A DNA stretch of 64,000 nucleotides, from positions 767-64,766 of the forward strand of contig NZ_SKOG01000013.1 of NCBI RefSeq assembly GCF_007120195.1, written 5' to 3'. The notes under the pieces were generated by a model, which had not been told where the DNA came from, made no database searches, and saw only the letters and a program-made list of their open reading frames with translations. Source of the stretch: Aquisalimonas sp. (lineage in GTDB: Bacteria; Pseudomonadota; Gammaproteobacteria; Nitrococcales; Aquisalimonadaceae). The translations under genes were made by a program, and so were the position numbers. The first letter of the stretch is position 1; every line of letters begins with the position of its first letter. Shown in pieces: positions 1 to 8,145 of the stretch.

Positions 1-898
1 CCAGCGGTTCGCCACCGACGACATCGGTGATTTCATCATCCGCCGCGCCAGCAGCGCGCCGGCGTTTTTCTTCAGCAACGCTGTGGATGATGCGCTCATG
101 GACATTACCCATGTGCTGCGCGGCGAGGATCATCTCACCAATACGCCGCGGCAGTTGCTGCTGCTGGAAGCCCTTGGGCTGGACGCGCCGAGCTATGGGC
201 ATATCAGCATGATTGTCGGCGATGATGGCGCGCCGCTATCCAAGCGCAACGGCAGCCGCTCCGTGGGTGAGCTGCGCGAGGCCGGCTTTCTGCCCGAGGC
301 CGTGTTGAACCACCTGGCCCGCCTCGGGCATGCCTTCGAGGACAACACGCTGCTCGGGCTGGATCGCCTGGCCAACGGCTTCGCCCTGGAGCGGCTCGGC
401 CGGGCACCGGCCCGGTTCGACGCGGGGCAACTAACCCACTGGCAGCGTGAAGCGCTGCACGCGCTCTCGCACGAGCGCATGGCCGAATGGGTGGTATGGG
501 CCGCCGGCGACATGCTGCCGGCGCAACAGCGCGACGCCTTTATTGCCACCGTACGGGAGAACGTGCAATTTCCGGAGGACGTACGCCGCTGGTGCCGTGT
601 GCTGTTCCAGGGTGTGCCCGAGCCCGATGCCGAGACCCTCGGCTGGTTGACCGAGGCCGGGCCGGCGTTCTTCCAGGCGGCGGCCGAAGCCGGGGGTGAT
701 TGGCCGGCGGTGACCGCGGCGGTGAATGCGGCCACCGGCGTCAAGGGCAAGCGCCTGTTCATGCCCTTGCGTCTGGCGCTCACGGGGTTGCCCCACGGGC
801 CGGAGCTGCCGGCGATTCACGCCCTGCTGGGCGCGACCGAGGCGCAGCGGCGTTTTCGCCTGGCCGCGCGCAGGGCCGCTGCGGCAGCAACGCAATGA
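1..898 (+). CDS. gltX: glutamyl-tRNA synthetase, C-terminal part (5' end outside window)
   Basis: The frame is open from the window edge. The translation ...FFFSNAVDDALMDITHVLRGEDHLTNTPRQ...LSKRNGS matches the class I GluRS core including a KMSKS-like LSKR motif. It is followed by cysS. Confidence 0.9.
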   Translation, partial: QRFATDDIGDFIIRRASSAPAFFFSNAVDDALMDITHVLRGEDHLTNTPRQLLLLEALGLDAPSYGHISMIVGDDGAPLSKRNGSRSVGELREAGFLPEAVLNHLARLGHAFEDNTLLGLDRLANGFALERLGRAPARFDAGQLTHWQREALHALSHERMAEWVVWAAGDMLPAQQRDAFIATVRENVQFPEDVRRWCRVLFQGVPEPDAETLGWLTEAGPAFFQAAAEAGGDWPAVTAAVNAATGVKGKRLFMPLRLALTGLPHGPELPAIHALLGATEAQRRFRLAARRAAAAATQ

Positions 899-943
899 CA
901 TGAACGCCGCCCCACCGGGCGAGAGGTATCTGGAGACGGTTGC

Positions 944-2341
944 ATGCTCGCGATCTACAACAGCCTTACGCGGTCCAAGGAAGTCTTCCGCCCCATTCGG
1001 GACGGGGAGGTCCGCATGTATGTCTGTGGCATGACCGTCTATGACTACTGTCATCTGGGCCATGCCCGGGCGCTGGTGGTCTTCGACGTCGTCGCCCGGT
1101 ACTTGCGTCATCTCGGCTATCGGCTCACGTATGTGCGCAACATCACCGACATCGATGACAAGATCATCAACCGCGCCCGTGAGACCGGTATCGCCCCGAC
1201 GGCGCTCACGGAGCGCTTCATCGACGCCATGCACGAGGACGAGCGCGCCCTCGGCGTGGCGCCGCCGGACGTTGAGCCCCGGGCGACGGAGTCCGTCGAG
1301 GCCATGCAGGCGCTCATCCAACGCCTGGTAAACAAAGGGCTGGCCTACCAGGGGGCCAACGGTGACGTTTACTACCGCGTCTGCGGCTTCCCGGACTACG
1401 GCAAGCTCTCCGGCAAACGCCTGGAGGACCTGCGTGCCGGTGCCCGTGTGGACGTGGAGGACGACAAGCGCCATCCCGGCGATTTCGTGTTGTGGAAACG
1501 GGCCAAGGAAGGAGAGCCCAGCTGGCCATCGCCCTGGGGCGAGGGTCGGCCCGGCTGGCACATTGAGTGCTCGGCCATGTCCGCCACCCACCTGGGTGAG
1601 CACTTCGATATTCACGGCGGCGGGCTCGATCTCCAGTTTCCCCATCACGAGAACGAGATCGCCCAGAGCGAAGGGGCCACCGGACACCGGTTCGTGAACT
1701 ACTGGATGCATAATGGGCACGTGCGCGTGGACGACGAGAAAATGGCCAAGTCCCTGGGCAACTTCTTCACCGTCCGGGACATCCTGGAGCACTATCGTCC
1801 CGAGGAAGTACGCTATTTTCTGCTCTCCAGTCATTACCGCAGCCCGCTTAACTACACGGCAGATGCCTTGGAGCACGCCCGCGGTGCCGCCGAGCGGTTG
1901 TACCTGGCCCTGCGTGGGTTGGAGCCCCAGGCGCCGGGCGCATCCGGTCAGGCCTCCCGTGAGCGCTTCCGCGCCGCCATGGACGACGACTTCAACACCC
2001 CCGAGGCCTTGGCCGTTTTGTTCGAACTCGCCCGGGAGGTGAACCGCGCCCGGGAGACGGATCGTGGCGAAGCCGCCCGACTCGCCGGGCTGCTGCGCGA
2101 GCTTGGCGGCGTCCTCGGCCTGCTGCAGACCGACCCGGAGGACTACCTCCAGGGCAGTGACAGCGAGGACGTCGTCCCCGGTCTCACCGCCGCCGCGATC
2201 GATGCGCTCCTGGAGCAGCGCCAGGCCGCCCGCAGGGCGAAGGACTTTGCCACCGCCGACCGCATCCGCGACGACCTCCAGGCCCGCGGTATTGTCATCG
2301 AGGACAGCACCGGTGGCAGCACCTGGCGACGCGGCGGGTAG
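944..2341 (+). CDS. cysS: cysteinyl-tRNA synthetase
   Basis: 465-aa ORF. It has the HIGH-type motif CHLGHAR, the KMSKS-type motif KMAKSLGN, and the typical N-terminus [15 protein letters not shown]. Confidence 0.95.
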   Translation: MLAIYNSLTRSKEVFRPIRDGEVRMYVCGMTVYDYCHLGHARALVVFDVVARYLRHLGYRLTYVRNITDIDDKIINRARETGIAPTALTERFIDAMHEDERALGVAPPDVEPRATESVEAMQALIQRLVNKGLAYQGANGDVYYRVCGFPDYGKLSGKRLEDLRAGARVDVEDDKRHPGDFVLWKRAKEGEPSWPSPWGEGRPGWHIECSAMSATHLGEHFDIHGGGLDLQFPHHENEIAQSEGATGHRFVNYWMHNGHVRVDDEKMAKSLGNFFTVRDILEHYRPEEVRYFLLSSHYRSPLNYTADALEHARGAAERLYLALRGLEPQAPGASGQASRERFRAAMDDDFNTPEALAVLFELAREVNRARETDRGEAARLAGLLRELGGVLGLLQTDPEDYLQGSDSEDVVPGLTAAAIDALLEQRQAARRAKDFATADRIRDDLQARGIVIEDSTGGSTWRRGG

Positions 2342-2407
2342 TGCCCTTGTCGTGACCGAGCACTTGTCGGTGACCGCCAGGGTCGGCTAGCCCGGCGCCG
2401 CGAATCA

Positions 2408-3154
2408 TCACTTCACATGCCCGAGAAACTCCCGGAACCGCTCCGAGGGCGGGTTGGCGAACATGGCCTCGGGGCGGCCGTCATGCACGATGCGGCCATG
2501 GTCCATGAAGATGAGGCGGTGCGCCGCCGCTTCGGCGAAACGCATCTCGTGGGTGACGATGAGCATGGTCATGCCCTCGGCGGCGAGGTCCTGCATGACC
2601 TGTAACACCTCGCCGCGCAGCTCCGGGTCCAGGGCGGAGGTGGGCTCGTCGAAGAGCATGACCTTGGGGTTCACTGCCAGGGCGCGGGCAATGGCCACGC
2701 GCTGTTGCTGACCGCCGGAGAGTTCCCGCGGTAGATGTTCCGCCCAGTCCAGCAGCCCCACCCGTTCCAGCAACCGGTCGGCCGTGGCCCGGGCCTTCTT
2801 GGCGGACTGGCCGCGGACCTTGCGCGGCCCGAGCATGACGTTTTCCCGGGCGGTCATGTGCGGGAACAGGTTGAACTGCTGGAACACCATGCCGGTCTCG
2901 CGGCGGATGGCCCGGGCACTGGTACCGCGGGCACCGAGTGTCTTGCCGTCCACCTCCAGGGTGCCGGTGCTCAGGGGTTCGAGCACGTTCAGGCAGCGCA
3001 GCAGGGTGGATTTCCCTGACCCCGAGGGGCCGACGATGACCACCACCTCCCCGGCGGCCACGCTGAGGTCGATGTCTTCCAGGACCGGCGTGTCACCGAA
3101 CCGCTTGCCCAGTTTGCTGCACCGGATGAGGTATGGGGTGGCAGGGCGATTCAC
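2408..3154 (-). CDS. polar amino-acid ABC transporter ATP-binding protein (GlnQ/HisP-like)
   Basis: Walker A motif GPSGSGKST, ABC signature LSGGQQQRVAIARAL, Walker B motif MLFDEPTSALD. It overlaps the upstream permease gene by 4 nt. Confidence 0.93.
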   Translation of the reverse strand: MNRPATPYLIRCSKLGKRFGDTPVLEDIDLSVAAGEVVVIVGPSGSGKSTLLRCLNVLEPLSTGTLEVDGKTLGARGTSARAIRRETGMVFQQFNLFPHMTARENVMLGPRKVRGQSAKKARATADRLLERVGLLDWAEHLPRELSGGQQQRVAIARALAVNPKVMLFDEPTSALDPELRGEVLQVMQDLAAEGMTMLIVTHEMRFAEAAAHRLIFMDHGRIVHDGRPEAMFANPPSERFREFLGHVK

Positions 3155-3807
3155 AGGATGGTCATCCTCCGTTCGATCAGGCGCATGATCATCGCCAGGG
3201 TGAAGGTCATGATCAGGTAGAACACCGCGACGGCCGTCCAGATCTCCAGCGCCCGGCCGGTCTGGGCGGTGAGTTGTTCACCCCGCTGCGCCAGTTCCGC
3301 CACGCCAATGACCAGAAACAAGGCGGAGTCCTTGAGGCTGATGATGAACTGGTTGCCCAGGGGTGGAATCGTCCGCCGGAAGGCCAGCGGGCCGACAATG
3401 GAGGCAATGACTTGTGGGTACGACAGCCCCAGTGCCAGACCCGCATCGGTGAGCCCTTTATCGATGGACAGAACCGCCCCGCGCACAATCTCGGTGATGT
3501 AGGCGCCGGCGTTCAGCGCCAGGCACAGCGAGGCGGCAGCAAAGCCGGAGAGGGTCACGTCGATGGCCAGGGGCAGGGCGAAGTAGATGAACATGGCCTG
3601 AACCACGATGGGTGTGCCGCGGATCACCGAGACGTAGACGAACACCAGCCAGTTAATGACGGGAATGCGGAAGGCCATGATCAGGCCGCAGAGGGTGCCG
3701 ATAACCAGGCCGCCGCCGATGCCAAGCAGGGTTATCTGCATGGTCATTTGGGCGCCTTGAATCATCTGCGGCATGGCGATCCAGACCACTTCCCAGCGGA
3801 AATCCAT
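3151..3807 (-). CDS. polar amino-acid ABC transporter permease (HisM/GlnP family)
   Basis: 218-aa multi-TM ORF with an EAA-like loop (TDAGLALGLSYPQVIASIVGPLAFRRTIPPLGNQ). It lies between the binding-protein and ATPase genes. Confidence 0.9.
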   Translation of the reverse strand: MDFRWEVVWIAMPQMIQGAQMTMQITLLGIGGGLVIGTLCGLIMAFRIPVINWLVFVYVSVIRGTPIVVQAMFIYFALPLAIDVTLSGFAAASLCLALNAGAYITEIVRGAVLSIDKGLTDAGLALGLSYPQVIASIVGPLAFRRTIPPLGNQFIISLKDSALFLVIGVAELAQRGEQLTAQTGRALEIWTAVAVFYLIMTFTLAMIMRLIERRMTIL

Positions 3808-3942
3808 GACGGTGTCCTCTTAAACCTTGCCCTGGGCGAAAACACATTCCCGGCGCAGCGCCCGCGGGTTAACAGGCCCTGGGCGGGGTGGCGAGACGAA
3901 GCGGCTCACCGCCGCAATCCGGCGGTGAGCCGCTGGTTCCCA

Positions 3943-4689
3943 TCAGCGCGGGCTGGGTTCTTCGCCGAACCAGCGCTCGTAGATCTCGGCGTAACGGCTG
4001 TCTTCCATCATGCCCAGCAGGCTGATATTGACGGCGTTGCGCAGTTCGCTGCCCCTGGGAAAGGCCATGGCGTAGGACTGGGCCTCCAGGTTCTCGCCCA
4101 CGGCCTTCACTTCGCCGTCACCGGCGGTGTCGATGTAGTAGAGGACGTTGGGGGTGTCGTGCAGCGCGGCATCCACGCGCCCCGCGCGCAGCTCCATATA
4201 GGCCTGCTCGGCGCGGGGGAAGCGCGTGAGCTCGGTGTCCGGCAGGTTCTCCTGGGCGTAGTCGTCGCTGGTGGTGCCGGTGGTCACCGCCAGGGTCTTG
4301 CCGTCCAGGTCGTCGATGCCGCCGACCTCCTCCTCATCCGCGCGGACCATCAGCATCAGGCCGCTGTCATAGTACGCGTGGGAGAAGTCCATGGTCTCCT
4401 CGCGCTCGGAGGTGATGGTGATGGCGGCGATGGCACCGTCAACCCGACCTGTCTGCAGGGCGGTGATGATGCCGGAGAAGTTCATGGTGTTGTATTCGTA
4501 CTCCCAGTCGTTTTCCTCGGCGATGGCTTCCCAGAGCTCGATTTCGAAGCCGGTCCATTCGCCATCCTCTTCGAACATGAACGGCACGAAGCCCGGAGGA
4601 ATGGCAATGGTGAGGCGCTCCGCCTGGGTGGTGGTCGCGAATGCGAGGAGAATGATGCTGGTGCAAAGGGCCAAGGTGAGGTGTCGCAT
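3943..4689 (-). CDS. amino-acid ABC transporter substrate-binding protein (GlnH-like)
   Basis: 248-aa ORF with a signal peptide (MRHLTLALCTSIILLAFATTTQA) and family-3 SBP motifs (FEIELW, GRVDGAIAAITIT.ER). It is the first gene of the operon. Confidence 0.88.
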   Translation of the reverse strand: MRHLTLALCTSIILLAFATTTQAERLTIAIPPGFVPFMFEEDGEWTGFEIELWEAIAEENDWEYEYNTMNFSGIITALQTGRVDGAIAAITITSEREETMDFSHAYYDSGLMLMVRADEEEVGGIDDLDGKTLAVTTGTTSDDYAQENLPDTELTRFPRAEQAYMELRAGRVDAALHDTPNVLYYIDTAGDGEVKAVGENLEAQSYAMAFPRGSELRNAVNISLLGMMEDSRYAEIYERWFGEEPSPR

Positions 4690-4746
4690 GGCAGTCTCTC
4701 CTTTTTCAGCGCTTGTGCGAAGGAGTCGCGGAAATCTTTACCTTTG

Positions 4747-4775
4747 ACACTAGGGCGAGGGTCGAGGCGTGTCAA
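4747..4775 (-). promoter_or_regulatory. candidate sigma70 promoter of the amino-acid ABC operon
   Basis: The minus strand reads TTGACA, a 17-nt spacer, then TAGTGT. It lies about 55 nt upstream of the SBP start. The call rests on sequence pattern only. Confidence 0.35.
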
Positions 4776-4778
4776 ATT

Positions 4779-4797
4779 GGCACACGCTCTGTGTGCC
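4779..4797 (-). terminator. hairpin immediately after the imuB stop
   Basis: GGCACAC-5 nt-GTGTGCC starts 2 nt after the imuB stop codon. The trailing U tract is weak (AAUUUGA). Confidence 0.4.
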
Positions 4798-4798
4798 A

Positions 4799-6223
4799 TC
4801 ATCCGAAGAATCCGTGCAAAAACCATTCGCGTTTCCTGCGGCGTTCTCGGAAGATCCACAGCCGACTGCCCTGGGGAGCGCGGGCCTGGTAGTAGTCCCG
4901 GGCGATATCGTGGCCGTCCCACCAGCCGGTTTCAATGCGCTCCGGCCCGCGCTCCAGGGTGAGCGGGCCATGCCAGCAGGGCAGGCCCTGCTGCTGGCCC
5001 AGGGGGGTTGGCCGGGGCAGTAGCCAGAGTGGTCGTTCTCCGGGCGGCGCCCGTGCAACGGTTTCGTTGCTGGCTCGGTGGCTCCAGGCGTATTCCGGGC
5101 GGTGGTCGGCGGCGGTGGCGAGCCCCGTGACTGCATGCTCCCCCAGGCGCGCGCCGAGGCGTTCGGTAAGGTGTTGTCGCTGGTGCTGCCGGAGCTGCGC
5201 CGGGTCGGGCAGCAGCTGTCCCGGTTCGGGAAGCAGGGGCTGGATCTGCTCGACCCGGAGGCTCAAGCCAATGACCGGTGCCGCCAGCTCCTGGCGCTCC
5301 AGCCGATGCTGGCACACGCTGAGCAGGTGTTCGGGGTCGCGGCTGGGGCGTCGCAGGCCGATCCGGAATCGGGAGGCGGTCTGGCGGGCGTGGAGCAGTT
5401 CCAGCTCCAGCGTTTGCGCGCCGCCGTCCAGGCCACGCAGAAGCCCTGTCAGCTCACCCAGAAGACGCTGCAGGGCAAAGGCAACGGCCCGGGTATCATG
5501 GGCCTGTGCCGGTAGATCCAGTTGGCGATGAAAACGCGTGGGTGGTTGATGGGCCTGGCGGGGTTCTGGGCGCTCGCCCAGCGCGTGCTCAAGCTGCAGC
5601 AGCAGCTCCCGCCCGAAACGCCGGGCAAGATCGCGGCGTGGCAGGGCCAGGCAGTCGCCCAGGGTGCGCAGACCGAGCCCGGCGAGGGCCTGATGGTGTT
5701 CTGCCGGGAGTTCCAGGACATGGCAGGGCAGACACGCCAGGCGCTCCCGGAGCGCGCAACGCTTGGAAATGGGCGTGGCATCCCCGGCCAGGGCAAGAAA
5801 CCAGGACGCCGTCGGCGTGGGGGCGACGCCCTGACGATAGCGATGGCCGAGCGCGTCCAGCCCGTCGGTAATGTGCTGGCGCAGGGCGCCCAGGCCGCCG
5901 AACAGGCGCAGGCTGCCTCCGATCTCTAGCAGCAGGCCGTCGGGGGGGCGGGGGCTGACATGGGCGCTGAACTGGTAGGCCCAGTCTGCCAGGTGCCGCA
6001 GGGTGCGGGCTTCTTCCTGCCGTTGCCGGGGCGGGAGCTGTATATGCCGCGACACCGCACGGGCTTCGCTGGGGCTCATGTGCGCCTGGAGGCCGGCCCG
6101 CTTCGCGGCGTCGTTCAGAAACGGGATCCGCTGATGCTCCGTGATCGCGATCGCCGTGGCCTCGTCTGCGTAACCCAGGGCCTCCAGGGGCAATTGCGGC
6201 AGTTGAAGCGCTAACCACAGCAT
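4799..6223 (-). CDS. imuB: ImuB, Y-family polymerase-like protein of the SOS mutagenesis cassette
   Basis: 474 aa. The N-terminus MLWLALQLPQLPLEALG and the C-terminus ...WFLHGFFG are typical of ImuB. It follows imuA and lexA on the same strand. Confidence 0.88.
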   Translation of the reverse strand: MLWLALQLPQLPLEALGYADEATAIAITEHQRIPFLNDAAKRAGLQAHMSPSEARAVSRHIQLPPRQRQEEARTLRHLADWAYQFSAHVSPRPPDGLLLEIGGSLRLFGGLGALRQHITDGLDALGHRYRQGVAPTPTASWFLALAGDATPISKRCALRERLACLPCHVLELPAEHHQALAGLGLRTLGDCLALPRRDLARRFGRELLLQLEHALGERPEPRQAHQPPTRFHRQLDLPAQAHDTRAVAFALQRLLGELTGLLRGLDGGAQTLELELLHARQTASRFRIGLRRPSRDPEHLLSVCQHRLERQELAAPVIGLSLRVEQIQPLLPEPGQLLPDPAQLRQHQRQHLTERLGARLGEHAVTGLATAADHRPEYAWSHRASNETVARAPPGERPLWLLPRPTPLGQQQGLPCWHGPLTLERGPERIETGWWDGHDIARDYYQARAPQGSRLWIFRERRRKREWFLHGFFG

Positions 6224-6317
6224 GCTGCGGCCTCCATACAGGCGATGTCACACCCCCCCCTGCACCGGGAGCGGCAGAGCGCAACGGGCGCAGCCGTGGC
6301 AGGTGTTGGTGCCGGGG

Positions 6318-7106
6318 TTATTCCAGCGGCAGATCCAGTTGGTGGCGCTCCTGTCTGGGGTGTTGGCGGTAGAGAAGCACCGGTGCTTTGTGGGTGCCCT
6401 CGGGGTGCTTACGCCCCGGGCTGGCTGCTGCCTGTCCGGACTGAGAGGTCTGCAGTGGCAGGGCCCGTACGCGGGGGTTGTTGAGGTCCAGCCGCAGCCC
6501 TTGCCGGGGTCGTCCGCCCCTTACCTTGAGCAGATCCACCCGGGTGTCTGCATCCCCCTGGCCCTGCATCAGCACGCGCAGCGCGGCCGGCGAACGTTCG
6601 GCGGCGGCCTGTTCGTTACGCAACAGCAGACCCCAGCAATGGCCGGCCTCGGCGGCCAATTGCAGGCGGCGCAGTTGCTGGTGCTCTGCCTGTCGCGGCC
6701 AGGCCAGCACAGCGGCGCAACTGCCCGAGCGCATGGTCTGTTCCAGGGCCCACAGGGTATCGCTGCCAGCGCGCGGGTGAATGAGCAGAATGCGCGATAG
6801 GTCCATCCCCTGGGCAGCCAGCGCGGGCGCGTAGGGGATGTGCGGCGGCGCCACCAGCGCGATCCAGCGACCAGCCCGGCTGAGACGGGCCAGCGCGGGC
6901 ATGATCAGACGCAGCTCGCCAATGCCCGGGGCGTTGTGCAGGACCTCGGTCAGGGCGCCCATGGGCCAGCCGCCCCCCGGCAGTACGGCATCCAACTGGG
7001 CAAAACCGCTGGGCAGGCAGCCCTGGGTAGTGCGGTTGCCGCCGCGACGCCAGATCCGGTGTTCGCGCAGGAGATCATCGAGTGCGTTGTCCATGTCGGC
7101 CCTCAT
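6318..7106 (-). CDS. imuA: ImuA (SulA/RecA-like translesion synthesis protein)
   Basis: The N-terminal region ...HRIWRRGG...LPSGFAQLDAVLPGGGWPMGALTEVL..GIGELRLIMPALARLS matches the ImuA family. It lies between lexA and imuB. The C-terminal 50-60 aa look like an extension. Confidence 0.8.
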   Translation of the reverse strand: MRADMDNALDDLLREHRIWRRGGNRTTQGCLPSGFAQLDAVLPGGGWPMGALTEVLHNAPGIGELRLIMPALARLSRAGRWIALVAPPHIPYAPALAAQGMDLSRILLIHPRAGSDTLWALEQTMRSGSCAAVLAWPRQAEHQQLRRLQLAAEAGHCWGLLLRNEQAAAERSPAALRVLMQGQGDADTRVDLLKVRGGRPRQGLRLDLNNPRVRALPLQTSQSGQAAASPGRKHPEGTHKAPVLLYRQHPRQERHQLDLPLE

Positions 7107-7163
7107 TATGTCCTTTGGCAGATTCGGTGGTAGGTGCAGCCCGAGCGGTCGCGGGAATGCCTC

Positions 7164-7784
7164 TCAAAGTGCCTCGCCGTTACGAATAAGCCCGACCCCG
7201 AGTCCTTCGATAACGAGGGGCTCCGTGCGCAGGTCGACAGTGATGGGGGTGTAGTCCGGGTTTTCGGGCAGTAGCCGGACTTGGTAGCCGTCCCGCTGGA
7301 AGCGTTTGACGGTGACGTCATCCTGGAGGCGGGCGACGACGATCTGCCCGTTGCGAACATCGGCAGTGCGGTGCACAGCCAGGAGGTCGCCCTCCAGGAT
7401 GCCGGCGTCGCGCATGCTCATCCCCTGGACCGAGAGGAGGTAGTCCGCCCGGGGGCGGAATATGCCCGGGTTCACCTGGCAGCGTTCGCGCACGTGCTCC
7501 TGGGCGAAGACCGGGCTGCCGGCGGCCACCTGGCCGATCACGGGCAGGCCCGATTCCGCTTCCCCGCCGGTGTCATTCAGTAGCCGAATGCCCCGGGAGG
7601 AGCCGGCTTGCAGGCTGATGGCGCCCTTTTTCTCCAATGCCCGAAGGTGGCTCTCCGCTGCATTGGGTGAGCGGAAGCCCAAGGCGCGGGTGATATCCGC
7701 ACGGGTCGGCGGAAAGCCGGAATCAATAATGAATTGCCGGATGAACTGCCGGATTTCTTCCTGTCGGGCCGTGAGCTTGTGCAT
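7164..7784 (-). CDS. lexA: LexA repressor
   Basis: [11 protein letters not shown]...[32 protein letters not shown], an AG cleavage site (VAAGSP), and a Ser/Lys dyad region (GMSMRDAGI ... VTVKR). I chose the start at the internal ATG, which is preceded by GAGGAGGG. The longer ORF, reaching 7838, would run through the SOS box. Confidence 0.93.
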   Translation of the reverse strand: MHKLTARQEEIRQFIRQFIIDSGFPPTRADITRALGFRSPNAAESHLRALEKKGAISLQAGSSRGIRLLNDTGGEAESGLPVIGQVAAGSPVFAQEHVRERCQVNPGIFRPRADYLLSVQGMSMRDAGILEGDLLAVHRTADVRNGQIVVARLQDDVTVKRFQRDGYQVRLLPENPDYTPITVDLRTEPLVIEGLGVGLIRNGEAL

Positions 7785-7803
7785 GAAAGTCCCTCCTCTG
7801 TTG

Positions 7804-7819
7804 CTGGTAATATATACAG
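7804..7819 (-). promoter_or_regulatory. LexA (SOS) box overlapping the lexA -10 region
   Basis: The minus strand reads CTGTATATATTACCAG (CTGT-N8-CCAG), 20 nt upstream of the lexA ATG. One of the two E. coli lexA operators has the same CCAG half-site (from memory). A TTGCAT -35 sits 16-17 nt upstream of the TATATA inside the box. Confidence 0.7.
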
Positions 7820-7887
7820 CCTCCGGGGTTGAATGCAAGGCACGGCGATGCCAGTGCGAGTCTTCTGTTCATCACTGCGTGCACAAG

Positions 7888-8052
7888 CTAGTGTCCTGTA
7901 ACCGAAATTCGTTGTCTTTTGCTTGTCGGTGCGCCTTCGAGGCTAGACGCCGGGCCGAAGGCGTAGCGGGCCCTACGGCGAGGACCGGCAACACCGCTCC
8001 ACGGCCGGACAGGCAGCTCAAAAGACAACGAATTTCGGTTACAGGACACTAG
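7888..8052. repeat. CTAG-flanked palindromic element, copy 1 (MITE/REP-like)
   Basis: Perfect 34-bp terminal inverted repeats, CTAGTGTCCTGTAACCGAAATTCGTTGTCTTTTG and its reverse complement. The structured core contains CGTAG-N6-CTACG. It shares its termini and core with the element at 21826-21993. Confidence 0.85.
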
Positions 8053-8145
8053 CAATGGCGCGCAGGTATGACTCCTATGGATAGCGTACAATGCGCGCCG
8101 CTCTGGAAAACGAGCCGCATCGCCCTCACCCTGAGTGGCAAGACC

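Noticed and set aside
431-1876. 481-aa minus-strand ORF antisense to gltX/cysS
   Set aside because: It lies entirely opposite two unambiguous aminoacyl-tRNA synthetase genes. Its composition is Arg/Gly/Pro/Ala-rich and low-complexity, typical of antisense frames in high-GC DNA. It has no recognisable motifs.
2347-2377. Tandem near-repeat CTTGTCGTGACCG / CTTGTCGGTGACCG between the convergent cysS and ABC ATPase genes
   Set aside because: It is a single short duplication in a 66-nt convergent spacer, with no hairpin or known motif. It is probably slippage without function.
3133-4962. 609-aa plus-strand ORF across the amino-acid ABC operon
   Set aside because: It is antisense to three well-supported ABC transporter genes. 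Its sequence is dominated by G/D/H/Q/A runs and it is not a plausible protein.
6318-6500. C-terminal 50-60-aa extension of ImuA, and the 94-nt imuA-imuB gap, as a possible extra small gene
   Set aside because: The frame is continuous with imuA and there is no separate start or RBS. It is most simply a lineage-specific tail. The gap contains no ORF or clear structure.
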